A DNA stretch of 64,000 nt from Candidatus Dojkabacteria bacterium (GTDB lineage: Bacteria; Patescibacteriota; Dojkabacteria; SC72): positions 3,962 through 67,961 of the forward strand of contig JBMNPD010000003.1 of assembly GCA_050943415.1 (NCBI GenBank), read 5' to 3'. The notes below the pieces were generated by a model. The model saw only the letters and a list, made by a program, of their open reading frames with translations, had not been told where the DNA came from and did no database searches. The position numbers and the translations under genes were made by a program. This document shows, one piece after another, positions 40,026 through 49,895 of the stretch; the stretch's first letter is position 1; each line of letters begins with the position of its first letter.

Positions 40026-40532
40026 TTACCACAAATCAAGAAATTGGGAATCAAACCCACCATCTTTTGCAAGGTTTAACTTAGGTAACACCTCCTTTAT
40101 ATATAACCACCTATATTTCTTATTCTTATTACATAATCTATCCTTAACAGGGTTGTTTTTAATATATTCCAACAAATTATCAAAATCATTACTATACAAG
40201 ATCTCACGACATTTGAAAGTACCTTGAAAAAGAGAACCACAGAGTCCATGTCTTCTGTTATAGTACATACTATATGCTGTCATACTTTTATGCATCATTC
40301 TAGAAATATCACTCTTACTAGCACCCAACTTTAGAATTAGATGGTAGTGATTTGGCATTATACAGTAAGATAAAATAGAGACATCTAAAGTTTTTTCGGC
40401 TCTACGTAGACAACGGATAAAGTTGTTGTAATCTTTAACATCTAGACATATTCTGCACTTTCTATGACCACGATTATAAACATGGTATATGCCAAATTTT
40501 CTATAATCTTTTATCCTTTTACTATCTGACAT
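40026..40532 (-). CDS. REP-associated tyrosine transposase (RAYT / Y1 HUH nuclease), likely start ATG at 40532
   Basis: YHVYNRG, YCIMPNHYHL (HUH), GSLFQGTF, YIKNNPVK...YRW. Confidence 0.9.
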   Translation of the reverse strand: MSDSKRIKDYRKFGIYHVYNRGHRKCRICLDVKDYNNFIRCLRRAEKTLDVSILSYCIMPNHYHLILKLGASKSDISRMMHKSMTAYSMYYNRRHGLCGSLFQGTFKCREILYSNDFDNLLEYIKNNPVKDRLCNKNKKYRWLYIKEVLPKLNLAKDGGFDSQFLDLW

Positions 40533-40753
40533 TGTTAATATAATAAACAATAATTATTAAAATAAGATTAACTAACAAGGTCTAACCTAGGTTAAACCTA
40601 ACACATTACGAAGCTTAATCTAACAATATTCCCTACAAATGGAGTTCATATTCATCAATGATTTTTAATATTATTTGCACAGACACTTTCTCTATACTGG
40701 AAGCGAATTCCCTTCTATTTTACTTGCCAACAGGTTTAACCTAAGTTAAACCT
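40072..40753. repeat. Three 22-bp REP-like palindromes around the RAYT (40072-40093, 40578-40599, 40732-40753)
   Basis: AGGTTTAACTTAGGTAACACCT, AGGTCTAACCTAGGTTAAACCT, AGGTTTAACCTAAGTTAAACCT. Confidence 0.85.
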
Positions 40754-40774
40754 CGCGCATGTTGGTACAAGAGT

Positions 40775-41719
40775 ATGGTAAAATATTTCTACATTATTAT
40801 GAAGAAGTTTTTATTTTTTTTGTTTGTTGCTGTTGTTTTCGTCATAGGATTAAGGTTTTCTAATGTTGGCAAGGTTGTAAATGCCACAGCAGATAGCAAT
40901 TTCAACCTGCTTTTGGAACAGCTATACGGTATTACAGCACAGGAGGTTAAAAGTTCTCCATATATCAAACTCATTACTATTAATTATGAAGGCGACATAG
41001 GTACTTTCTTCACAAATAAGCCATCACCTGTACTTGCCCTTGTAGATCTTAATTATCCTTTAAGCAACAAGAATATTTTGATTTCAACTTCACCTATTAA
41101 CTCACTGTACAACAACACTTTTATAAATGTACAATCATATACTTCTACAATTGATGAACTAACACTAGAAATTCCATTTACTTCAGAGATTAAAGGTTCT
41201 GTTTTATGCTCAAAACTAGAAAGAAAAGAGATTGAACAAACAGGAGTTTTAGGCTTAATGTCTCAGAAAATCAAAAGAACTTACAAAGGTGAGGAATTAA
41301 TAGCTGAAGAAATTATTGAACAGACTACACTAAGAGAACCTAGGCCTCAGATTGTCATAATAAAAGGGCCTAACGACACTCCTGATTCTGTTCCACAAAG
41401 AGGGTACAACTGTCCTTACTGGGAAGCATATATCGATAATATATCTGCTTCGGAGGAGGAGAAACAATGGCTTAAATTTACAATGAGGTTAGAATCTGGT
41501 TGTAACGCTGAAAGTAACAAAGCTTTCTATAAGGGACTTTTTCAATGGGATCCTTGTCTTTGGTACTCTTTATACCCAAATGACAATATTTTTGATGGTG
41601 AAAAGCAAATTCAGAGAACCATAGAGAAAGTTCGTGCTGGTGCAAATCCCAAAAAAATGTGGCCAGCTGTCTACAAAAAATATGTTGAACAGTATGGTGA
41701 ATTAAGCTGGTTACAGTAA
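40775..41719 (+). CDS. G5-domain protein with C-terminal lysozyme/transglycosylase-like domain (RpfB/YabE-like architecture)
   Basis: N-terminal TM; G5-like EIPF...QTGVLG...EPRPQIVIIKG; LESGCN...GLFQW catalytic-type motif. Confidence 0.75.
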   Translation: MVKYFYIIMKKFLFFLFVAVVFVIGLRFSNVGKVVNATADSNFNLLLEQLYGITAQEVKSSPYIKLITINYEGDIGTFFTNKPSPVLALVDLNYPLSNKNILISTSPINSLYNNTFINVQSYTSTIDELTLEIPFTSEIKGSVLCSKLERKEIEQTGVLGLMSQKIKRTYKGEELIAEEIIEQTTLREPRPQIVIIKGPNDTPDSVPQRGYNCPYWEAYIDNISASEEEKQWLKFTMRLESGCNAESNKAFYKGLFQWDPCLWYSLYPNDNIFDGEKQIQRTIEKVRAGANPKKMWPAVYKKYVEQYGELSWLQ

Positions 41720-43717
41720 CTATCTGTAGCTGTAGTATTCACAAATTTCCTGAGGTATTTCCCCTAAAAACCTAGAAGGTAGTTGAGAACCGTATCCATC
41801 TCTAGTTAATCTCGTTTCGGCAAAAGTCATAAATAGTTTTTGTTTTGCACGTGTTATTCCTACATAGCAAAGTCTTCTCTCTTCTTCTAACTCAGCTTCA
41901 TCAACAAAAGCTCGAGAGTGTGGTAACAAACCTTCTTCCATACCTATCATAAACACATAATCAAACTCTAAACCTTTTGAAGAATGTAAAGTCATCAGAT
42001 TCAAATAATTATTTGTCCCATCTTGATTTTTCTCTTGCTCCTGTTCAATTAAATTTACCTCGTTTAAGAAAATCTCTAAACTTTTCAACCCATGCTTTGA
42101 AGAGTATGATGTTGCAACATTTTTCAACTCTTGAATATTCTCTTTCTGCATCTCAGCTTGTTCAGAACCATCATCAAATGATTTTACATATTTCGTATTT
42201 ACCAGAATACTTTCTATAATTTCAATCAATGTCTGTTTCTTAGACATGAAGTATAAATGACCAAACAAGTTGATGAGATTTGAATATTTTATCCATTTTT
42301 CCTGAATAGTTTCTATTTTATTAATATCAAAAGTTAATTCTTTTGCAAACTCTTGATTTAAGACAGCATACGCTCCCACCAATAATTCCCCTACTGTTAG
42401 ACCTACTTCCTTAGCCATAGAATGTATGTCGGCTACAGCTTTTGGCCCTATCTTTCTACTAGGTACATTTATGATTCTGTCTAAACTTAATTCATCTTTT
42501 AGATTAAAACAAAACCGAAGATAACTGATAATGTCCTTAATTTCTTTACGCTCATAGAATCTAAATCCTCCTACAAGTTTGTAAGGCAAGCCACTCTTTA
42601 GTAAAGCTTCTTCTATTGCTCTTGATTGATAGTTCGTTCTATATAGAACGGCTATATTTTTCAAAGGAATCATTTGCTGACTTAAACTCCTTATCTTCTC
42701 AACCACATATGATGATTCATCTTCTTGATCAGCTGCTTGATATACAGTTATTTTCTCCCCTTCATTATTATCTGTCCACAAAACTTTATCCACTCTACTA
42801 TTGTTCTGCTTAATCACACTCACAGCTGCTTCTATGACATTTTTTGTAGAACGATAGTTCTGTTCTAATTTAACAACAGAAACATTTTCAAAATCATTCT
42901 CAAATGATTGTATATTTTTAATATCAGCACCTCTCCAAGCATATATTCCTTGATCATCATCACCTACTACACATATATTTTTATGTTTAGCTGAAATAAT
43001 TTTGGCAAACATATACTGAGCATTGTTTGTATCTTGATATTCATCAATCAACATATATTTGTATTGCTCCTGATATTTATCTCGTACCTTTTCATTTTCA
43101 TCTAAAAGTTTTACTGTTAGATAAAGGAGATCACTAAAATCTACAGAGTTTTGTGCAAGTAGTTGTTTCTGATATTGAGGATATATATCTGCAACAATAT
43201 CTTCTATGTAGCCAGAGTGATGATAACCAAACTGCTCAGGAGAAATCATTTCATTTTTCGCAGCTCCTATGAAATATGCTATTGATTTAGGTTTTATCTG
43301 TTTAATATCTATCTCTCTTTCTAACAGAATTTCTTTAATAATATTTTCACTATCATCAGTATCATATATTGAGAAATTGTTAGTCAAACCAACTTCTTTT
43401 GCATTGCTCCTCAATATCATTGCCCCTATTGAATGAAATGTTCCTATTGTTGGAAAACCTTTCTTGTCAAATCCCAAATCTTTAAGTAAAGAGAGCACTC
43501 TCTCTTGCATCTCACCAGCTGCTTTTTTAGTAAATGTTACTGCCATAATATTTCTAGGATTAACATTTTTAGCAGTAATAAGATAAGCAATTCTATTAGT
43601 AATAACTCTGGTTTTGCCAGAACCTGCTCCAGCAAAGACTAAGAGAGGTCCTTCTGTACAGAGAACAGCTTTCTTTTGTTCAGGATTTAATCCCTTTAAA
43701 ATACCATCTGTATTCAT
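41720..43717 (-). CDS. pcrA: UvrD/PcrA superfamily-1 DNA helicase
   Basis: AGAGSGKT, DEYQDTN, VGDDDQ, LEQNYRST, MTLHSSKGLEF, EEERRLCYVGITRA. Confidence 0.96.
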   Translation of the reverse strand: MNTDGILKGLNPEQKKAVLCTEGPLLVFAGAGSGKTRVITNRIAYLITAKNVNPRNIMAVTFTKKAAGEMQERVLSLLKDLGFDKKGFPTIGTFHSIGAMILRSNAKEVGLTNNFSIYDTDDSENIIKEILLEREIDIKQIKPKSIAYFIGAAKNEMISPEQFGYHHSGYIEDIVADIYPQYQKQLLAQNSVDFSDLLYLTVKLLDENEKVRDKYQEQYKYMLIDEYQDTNNAQYMFAKIISAKHKNICVVGDDDQGIYAWRGADIKNIQSFENDFENVSVVKLEQNYRSTKNVIEAAVSVIKQNNSRVDKVLWTDNNEGEKITVYQAADQEDESSYVVEKIRSLSQQMIPLKNIAVLYRTNYQSRAIEEALLKSGLPYKLVGGFRFYERKEIKDIISYLRFCFNLKDELSLDRIINVPSRKIGPKAVADIHSMAKEVGLTVGELLVGAYAVLNQEFAKELTFDINKIETIQEKWIKYSNLINLFGHLYFMSKKQTLIEIIESILVNTKYVKSFDDGSEQAEMQKENIQELKNVATSYSSKHGLKSLEIFLNEVNLIEQEQEKNQDGTNNYLNLMTLHSSKGLEFDYVFMIGMEEGLLPHSRAFVDEAELEEERRLCYVGITRAKQKLFMTFAETRLTRDGYGSQLPSRFLGEIPQEICEYYSYR

Positions 43718-43727
43718 TGAAATATGT

Positions 43728-44903
43728 TTAAATCTTTTTTAGATATCTTGATACTATCCAACCTTCTGATTCTAATCCAAACTTTACTCTACACCAACCA
43801 TCTTTTTCTTCTAAAAGTATGAAAACTGAGCCTTCATCAACAGTTTCTAAAATTTTACAACTACTCCACTGACACTCTCTAATATTTACAAATCCATACT
43901 TTGGAGATACTACTTCTACTAATGAATTATCTCCTTTTACAATATTCAACACAATATCAAATGAAGAATCTTCAAAAGGCTGATCGTTAAATTTAAGAAG
44001 AACAAAAGACTCTTTCGCTTCTCCTATTTTAACTTTAGCCTCCATTTCAAATGATAGTTCAACACTTTCATTTGGTAGTATAACTTTGTCAGAGATACTT
44101 ACTGGCCTACTAAAACTCTCCCAAACTTGATTAATTGCAAATCCACTATTTTTCCCACTTGCAGTTGCAATATATATAGGGTCTTTATCTGTAAACCATA
44201 CAAAATCATTCATATTTGTTACAGTTAAAGTAACTTTTGATCTTTCCAATACTTTTACTTCTTTTGAATACTGTAAGTTCTCTATTTTAGCTTTATATTT
44301 CAGATCATTTACTTTTTTCCCTTTCCAATCAGAAAAAAGTTCTTTGACTGATTTTAAAAATTCACCTGTAGCTGGTTTGAATGAAATAGCTGAAATATCT
44401 TTATCATTCTTTTTAATATCCAAAGTTATTGCCTCTATTTCAGTAATATTCCACTTAGTAGATAGTTCATCTACTATTTCTTTAAGAGAAGATTTTGCTC
44501 TACTGGTCATTACTGGATTATTTGATAGGTAACCAATTAGAATTACTCCATTAGCACCTTCTATACCTGCATCCGCTTCTATATATCCTGATTTTCCTTG
44601 ATAGATCAAACCACTTTCATCTAAGAGATATGTGTATGGCAAATCTCTCAAATGTAATCTTGTGATAGAGTAGTAGTAGAGAAATTTAACCCATTTAGCA
44701 GGATCTCTAGAAAGTACAGGAGATACTGTATTTACAGGTGTTACCAATATTTTGTTTGGTTCTGAATATGTTTGAGAAGTTTTATCTAAAAGTGATGTGT
44801 CGAATTTTTGTGAAGTAACTGAGTAAAAAGAGAAAGCATCTACTACAGACGGAAGTGATAACATAATTATTACTAAAAAAATCGATAATAGGAATTTTTT
44901 CAT
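43728..44903 (-). CDS. Secreted protein: degenerate amidase_2/PGRP-like domain, Ig-like domain and SH3b domain
   Basis: Signal peptide; DLPYTYLLDESGLIYQG resembles PGRP DIGYxFLI..DG.IYEGR; C-terminal VNIRE...GWCRV...EGWIVSRYL SH3b. Confidence 0.65.
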   Translation of the reverse strand: MKKFLLSIFLVIIMLSLPSVVDAFSFYSVTSQKFDTSLLDKTSQTYSEPNKILVTPVNTVSPVLSRDPAKWVKFLYYYSITRLHLRDLPYTYLLDESGLIYQGKSGYIEADAGIEGANGVILIGYLSNNPVMTSRAKSSLKEIVDELSTKWNITEIEAITLDIKKNDKDISAISFKPATGEFLKSVKELFSDWKGKKVNDLKYKAKIENLQYSKEVKVLERSKVTLTVTNMNDFVWFTDKDPIYIATASGKNSGFAINQVWESFSRPVSISDKVILPNESVELSFEMEAKVKIGEAKESFVLLKFNDQPFEDSSFDIVLNIVKGDNSLVEVVSPKYGFVNIRECQWSSCKILETVDEGSVFILLEEKDGWCRVKFGLESEGWIVSRYLKKI

Positions 44904-44950
44904 GCTCTTATTGTACCATCTATTTAGATGATTTGGGATATTTTTAATTT

Positions 44951-45967
44951 TTACTGTTCTTCTAACAAATATGGAACAGGAAGATCTCCTTCATCTTCAA
45001 TCTCACTTTTCTCTAAGAATTCTTCTGAAACAGCACAGATATAGTAATTGATAGTTGCCAGATATTCATTCCCTACAAAATCTTTTACCTTAACATCTGA
45101 ATTGATTATATATGCAGGGAATATATATCCGTGTGAGAAATTTTTGAATAAATATGTAGAGACAAGCTGTTTAGGATCATCTTGAACTATTTCTATAGAG
45201 GACTGCTGTATTGGATTTTTTTCATAATAGCTCTCATTTATACTCATATACTTGCCAAAAATCCTCTTTGTATTTATAAGATTTTTAGGATTCACAGGAA
45301 GATATGCAGAGTATTTAATAATTGACGATGTGTCATAAAGAAAGATATTAAACTGATATAGATTACCTGAGCTATCTACAAGAAGTTTGTACGCATCTGA
45401 ATCTATTTCAAGAGAACCAAACCGAAAATCTCCAATACTATATTTTCCTGAATATATATAATTACCATCAGAATCTTTGGAAACATTAATTTCATCAACC
45501 TGACAATTAAAATAATCTCTAAAGAAGTCTACAACAGCGTTTTGGTCTACAATTTTTATTCCTAAATCTGTTTTCTCACGAGAAGTTAGACTTAAAATAC
45601 CCATATCATAATTGTATCCAACTAAAACTGTACCAAAATTCCAACTAGCAGAGTATTCTGATTCAGCAATTTTAGTAAAATCTGGATTCAACTTTTCAAT
45701 TAAATCTTCAATTGATGCCTTACTTGCTTTGATTCTATATACAGGGACATATTCATTTTGAAAAAGTGACTGTTTAGATGGTATTGTTTTTATACTGTAT
45801 ATATTCTGAGCTACAAATGGTTCAACAAATACTTTATTATTAACTATAGAAGAAGCACGTTGCTCTTTTTTATGTTTGGCAACAAGAAGAAAAATTGTAA
45901 CAAGGACCAGTCCTAGAATTACTCCTGCTAGAATAAACCATTTGTATTTTTTAAAAAAGTTTTTCAT
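44951..45967 (-). CDS. Single-pass membrane hypothetical protein (likely start MKNFFK at 45967)
   Basis: N-terminal TM anchor followed by a soluble domain; ATG lies 7 nt after the upstream stop. Confidence 0.7.
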   Translation of the reverse strand: MKNFFKKYKWFILAGVILGLVLVTIFLLVAKHKKEQRASSIVNNKVFVEPFVAQNIYSIKTIPSKQSLFQNEYVPVYRIKASKASIEDLIEKLNPDFTKIAESEYSASWNFGTVLVGYNYDMGILSLTSREKTDLGIKIVDQNAVVDFFRDYFNCQVDEINVSKDSDGNYIYSGKYSIGDFRFGSLEIDSDAYKLLVDSSGNLYQFNIFLYDTSSIIKYSAYLPVNPKNLINTKRIFGKYMSINESYYEKNPIQQSSIEIVQDDPKQLVSTYLFKNFSHGYIFPAYIINSDVKVKDFVGNEYLATINYYICAVSEEFLEKSEIEDEGDLPVPYLLEEQ

Positions 45968-45974
45968 ATTTAGA

Positions 45975-48500
45975 TTATCTACAAAAACGAATAGAAGACG
46001 CAACCATGCTACCACATGCACTTGATACGGCCCCTCCAACATTTCGAGCTAAATCAGCGAGTTCTCCTTCAGAGCAACCTCTAGAAAGGAAGTATGATTT
46101 TGTCGAAGTTGCAGTTACACACTGTCCATCTACCATGAATTTGTAATGTCCACCATTGCCTGAAAGTAAATCTGCTCCCCATTCACGTACTACAGACGGA
46201 GCTCCTCCCCCATTTCTTCCTTGTACTTGATGTAGAAGTTCATGAGTAAATAGTTTTGAAAGAGTGACATTAGATTGCTTAGCTAACTTATCACCTTTAC
46301 AATAAATTTTATCAGCACTGTAACACCACGCCCAGTCAATACTAGCACACATACGATGTCCAGGACATGTGACAAGTTCTAACTTAGTTCCAAGTCCCAT
46401 ACTTGCTGCTACTTGGTCATAAATTTCCTCTATTGATCCAGAAAAGATTGGAACATCAGCATCTAGATCTTCAAAAAAGAAGTCTCCTCTTCCACTATCA
46501 AATATACTAAACCCCTCACAAGTAACTACTTCTACAGGAGAGATATGGGAATTTACAGATAAAAATGCAGAACTTCCAAAAATAAACTTGAAGAAAAGTA
46601 CCATTACAAGTAATACCCCAACAGAAACAAAAGCTAATGTCTTGGTTACTGCTTTCATTGTTGGCTCTGCTAACTTTGTAGCAACTCTCGTAGCAGTACC
46701 TGTTGCAATATTTCCAACTATATTCCCCAATGGCCCACCAACAACACTCCCTATGACACGATTTATTGCCTTTCCTAATAGCTGCATACCACCTTTTTCT
46801 ACCCATTCTTTTAAAATCTCTCCGGCAAATTTCTTGAATGCATCACTTTGAATTAGAAGATTAGCAATCTGTTCTCTAGATTTCCTTCCTATCTTTGAAT
46901 CAAAATACATTGACACTTTGTTTTGCCATCGTTGGATAGTATTAAATCGATATGCTAAATTACTTAATCTCTCATTCTTTTTTATAAATTCAATTAAAGC
47001 TTGGGCCTGTTCTTGAGAGAGTATTGATAAGACACTCTCCATATATGCGTCATTTATCTTTCCTTTGTCGTTATATAGTCTAGTCATATCAAATCCTTGA
47101 ATACTATTCCCAAACTTATTTTGAAATTTATTCATATTTTCGTAGACTTGGTAGGCATATAGCTCTCCATTCATTAAAGATTTAACACGTACAAGAGGGA
47201 TCCTATAATAGAATTTAAGCAACCGTTCATTAAATCTTTGAGCATATTGTGATCTCGATGTTTTTGCTATTTTGAAATTAATATCTGCTCCGTTAATATT
47301 AATCTTGTTAAACCCACGCACTCCACCTTCACTTAATGTTCTGCTTGCTCCATAATCTACGGGATTGAACCAATGTTTATTTGAACGATTAAAGAAGTTT
47401 CCTGTTATGAAAAGATCACCTGCTTGAATTTGACCAGTACCCTTAAGAGAAGACCAGAAACCATCCATCCTACCGGCAAAAGCTGCAGCTCTCATACTTC
47501 CTGACATACTTCTATTTGCATACATTAATTTTATTTCCTTTTCTAACGCTTTTATTTTCTCTTTTTTATTTGGATCATTACTGTTTTTTAATCTGTTAAC
47601 CTCGTCTTTATATCTTCTAATCTCCATACTATTTTTCCGTTCACTTGTTTTTCTTTGTTCATTCGTTAATGAAGAATCTATATATCGCCGCGAAAGATAA
47701 TAATTTTGTGCCTTTAACATATCACCAGCACTTTCTGCTTCTACTGCCTTGTCACGTATTTCTTGACCCTCAACAAAGACATATACATTTTTGTCATATA
47801 ATAAAGACTTTTTTTCTTTTGTATCTTTTGCTTTCTCTATCCAATTCTTATATTCACCGAATTTTTTTTTAGCTTCTTCTTCTGAACCGTATCTCTCTAT
47901 GAAGTCTGCCAAGGTATATGATTTATTTGGATCTATTAAATGCTTATCTATTAATTGCTCTATCCTTTCTTCTGTACTTATCGCTTTAGCAGAATCAAAG
48001 TTTTCTATTTGCTTCAATCTATCAAATGCTCCATGTAGGTTTGACATAGCTAGAACTGTTTCCTTATCCAATCCATGTTTTTTAGCCCACATACTACCTA
48101 GCAACGCCTGTATTTCATCACCAGCCCAGAAAGCTTTGTTAACTTTTCTGTTCGCTTCATATTTTGTAAATGTTTTATCTAAGAAGCCTGTAGGATCTTT
48201 TAATGCTTTTGGTATATCTTTGGCATTGAGCTTCACTTTATTCCGTTTTCCTTCTCCGTATTTAACACTAAGTAAATCGTAGTTAACAACATCTTCAAAT
48301 GCGTCCATTGTTGATTTGTTTACAAACAGGAGAGGATTTTCAAGTGTAGCAACAAGAGCATCTGCAAATTCAGAGGTACCATCTATGCCTGTGACCTTTA
48401 CTGGTTTAACCTTTGCAGGATGTTTTTTTGTTTCTGCAAAAATAAAATCATATATGGAACCCAAAGCATCTTTATACTGTTTAGGTTTCTCTTTAGCCAT
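45975..48500 (-). CDS. 841-aa membrane protein with C-terminal HExxH (zincin-like) Cys-rich extracellular domain
   Basis: Large helical N-region, Gly-rich hydrophobic segment, TM, then FTHELLHQVQG...REWGAD. Confidence 0.7.
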   Translation of the reverse strand: MAKEKPKQYKDALGSIYDFIFAETKKHPAKVKPVKVTGIDGTSEFADALVATLENPLLFVNKSTMDAFEDVVNYDLLSVKYGEGKRNKVKLNAKDIPKALKDPTGFLDKTFTKYEANRKVNKAFWAGDEIQALLGSMWAKKHGLDKETVLAMSNLHGAFDRLKQIENFDSAKAISTEERIEQLIDKHLIDPNKSYTLADFIERYGSEEEAKKKFGEYKNWIEKAKDTKEKKSLLYDKNVYVFVEGQEIRDKAVEAESAGDMLKAQNYYLSRRYIDSSLTNEQRKTSERKNSMEIRRYKDEVNRLKNSNDPNKKEKIKALEKEIKLMYANRSMSGSMRAAAFAGRMDGFWSSLKGTGQIQAGDLFITGNFFNRSNKHWFNPVDYGASRTLSEGGVRGFNKININGADINFKIAKTSRSQYAQRFNERLLKFYYRIPLVRVKSLMNGELYAYQVYENMNKFQNKFGNSIQGFDMTRLYNDKGKINDAYMESVLSILSQEQAQALIEFIKKNERLSNLAYRFNTIQRWQNKVSMYFDSKIGRKSREQIANLLIQSDAFKKFAGEILKEWVEKGGMQLLGKAINRVIGSVVGGPLGNIVGNIATGTATRVATKLAEPTMKAVTKTLAFVSVGVLLVMVLFFKFIFGSSAFLSVNSHISPVEVVTCEGFSIFDSGRGDFFFEDLDADVPIFSGSIEEIYDQVAASMGLGTKLELVTCPGHRMCASIDWAWCYSADKIYCKGDKLAKQSNVTLSKLFTHELLHQVQGRNGGGAPSVVREWGADLLSGNGGHYKFMVDGQCVTATSTKSYFLSRGCSEGELADLARNVGGAVSSACGSMVASSIRFCR

Positions 48501-48512
48501 ACTTTAATCAAA

Positions 48513-49871
48513 CTATTTAAACATACTACCAATTAATGGTATTCCTGACAGACTTGTTTTGACGGCAGTTGCTGTGTCTCCTACTTGTTTTGACACTGTA
48601 GGAGGAACTATGACAGCTGCCATAGCAGGAGCATTTGCAGCAGCGTATATTGCAACTATTTTAACAACTGCAAGCATAAATCCACCAACCTTTCCATCTA
48701 CAGCTTCTTCACCCGCTAATGATGTTGGAAATGCCAATGTTATTCCTTTTGACTCTGCATAATAAGGTAGGTTAACAATTGCATATGCTATCGGGAAAAC
48801 TAATACATTTCTTAAAGCGGACTTAAATATATTTATAGTTGATGCTTCATTGCCTGGTAATGCACCAGCAAATATAGCCAATGGAGCAAATATTACACTC
48901 ATTATTATTCCTAAATATGCTTTTAAAAGAGTAATCCAAAGCTTTACCATACCCCAGAAGACAATTCCTATGGGAATTAAAGTTAACAAAAGACCAATGA
49001 TACCAACTGTGGTAGCAGTCCCACTTTTAAACACACCCGCGATTGTAAGTATAACAGTGACTAAAGAATTAGTACCAGAAAACAATTTAAAAGTAAAACC
49101 TGTCTTACTAAAGAAATTACCAAACATGGTAATTGGATTCGTTATCTTCACTCCTTCACCCATTTCAGGACCTCCATATAGCAAAATCTGAACAAGCTTC
49201 ATAATGAGGGCTCCAATGTCTATAATCAAACCTATGATTGCAAAACTAAATGTTACAAGTACCAAAGCTACAACTACTTTAGGGATAGAATTACCTACAG
49301 TAACCATTATCTGACCTCCTATCTTATGTCTAAACATAATCATAAAACCAATAGCTATCATTATTACTACAAATCCTGTATACGCTATATTTCTAGTAGT
49401 CATCCACAGGACATCCACTTTCGAATTTCGTAAATCTGTATATCCTGCAGCGTATGTACTATTAGAATCCGCATATCCAGGTACCCACTGTTGTGCCAAA
49501 TGAGCAGGAACATCTACAGTTGGGACACTATTAAACAAGGAATATACTGCTTTCTCACTTGTTTCTAACAGACCCATTTTTGCAGAATCTGGAATAGTAG
49601 GATCATTCATAACTCTCTCCCCTCCTCTTGTACACGAAGGACAAGTTTCCATTAACATAGTTTCTAAACCACCATAGATTTGTTTAGCTATGAATTGTGA
49701 AATATTTTCACCCTTAACATCCGCGAATTTTTCTACTTTGTCTATTAGTTCAACCCAACCTGCAGTAGTATCTAGTACCTCTACTTCCTGAGCATAGGCT
49801 GTTTCTGAAATTGTACTAAATAGAAGAAACGAAAACAGAAAAGTTATAATCAATTTCTTTAGTTTAATCAT
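48513..49871 (-). CDS. Polytopic membrane protein, VirB6/TrbL-like (CPR type)
   Basis: Signal peptide; LW...RNIAY...GFMIMFR...IPKVVVALVLVTFSFAI.GL.ID; later IFAPL...ALPG segment. Confidence 0.6.
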   Translation of the reverse strand: MIKLKKLIITFLFSFLLFSTISETAYAQEVEVLDTTAGWVELIDKVEKFADVKGENISQFIAKQIYGGLETMLMETCPSCTRGGERVMNDPTIPDSAKMGLLETSEKAVYSLFNSVPTVDVPAHLAQQWVPGYADSNSTYAAGYTDLRNSKVDVLWMTTRNIAYTGFVVIMIAIGFMIMFRHKIGGQIMVTVGNSIPKVVVALVLVTFSFAIIGLIIDIGALIMKLVQILLYGGPEMGEGVKITNPITMFGNFFSKTGFTFKLFSGTNSLVTVILTIAGVFKSGTATTVGIIGLLLTLIPIGIVFWGMVKLWITLLKAYLGIIMSVIFAPLAIFAGALPGNEASTINIFKSALRNVLVFPIAYAIVNLPYYAESKGITLAFPTSLAGEEAVDGKVGGFMLAVVKIVAIYAAANAPAMAAVIVPPTVSKQVGDTATAVKTSLSGIPLIGSMFK

Positions 49872-49895
49872 TTACTCTTAATAATAATTTATATT

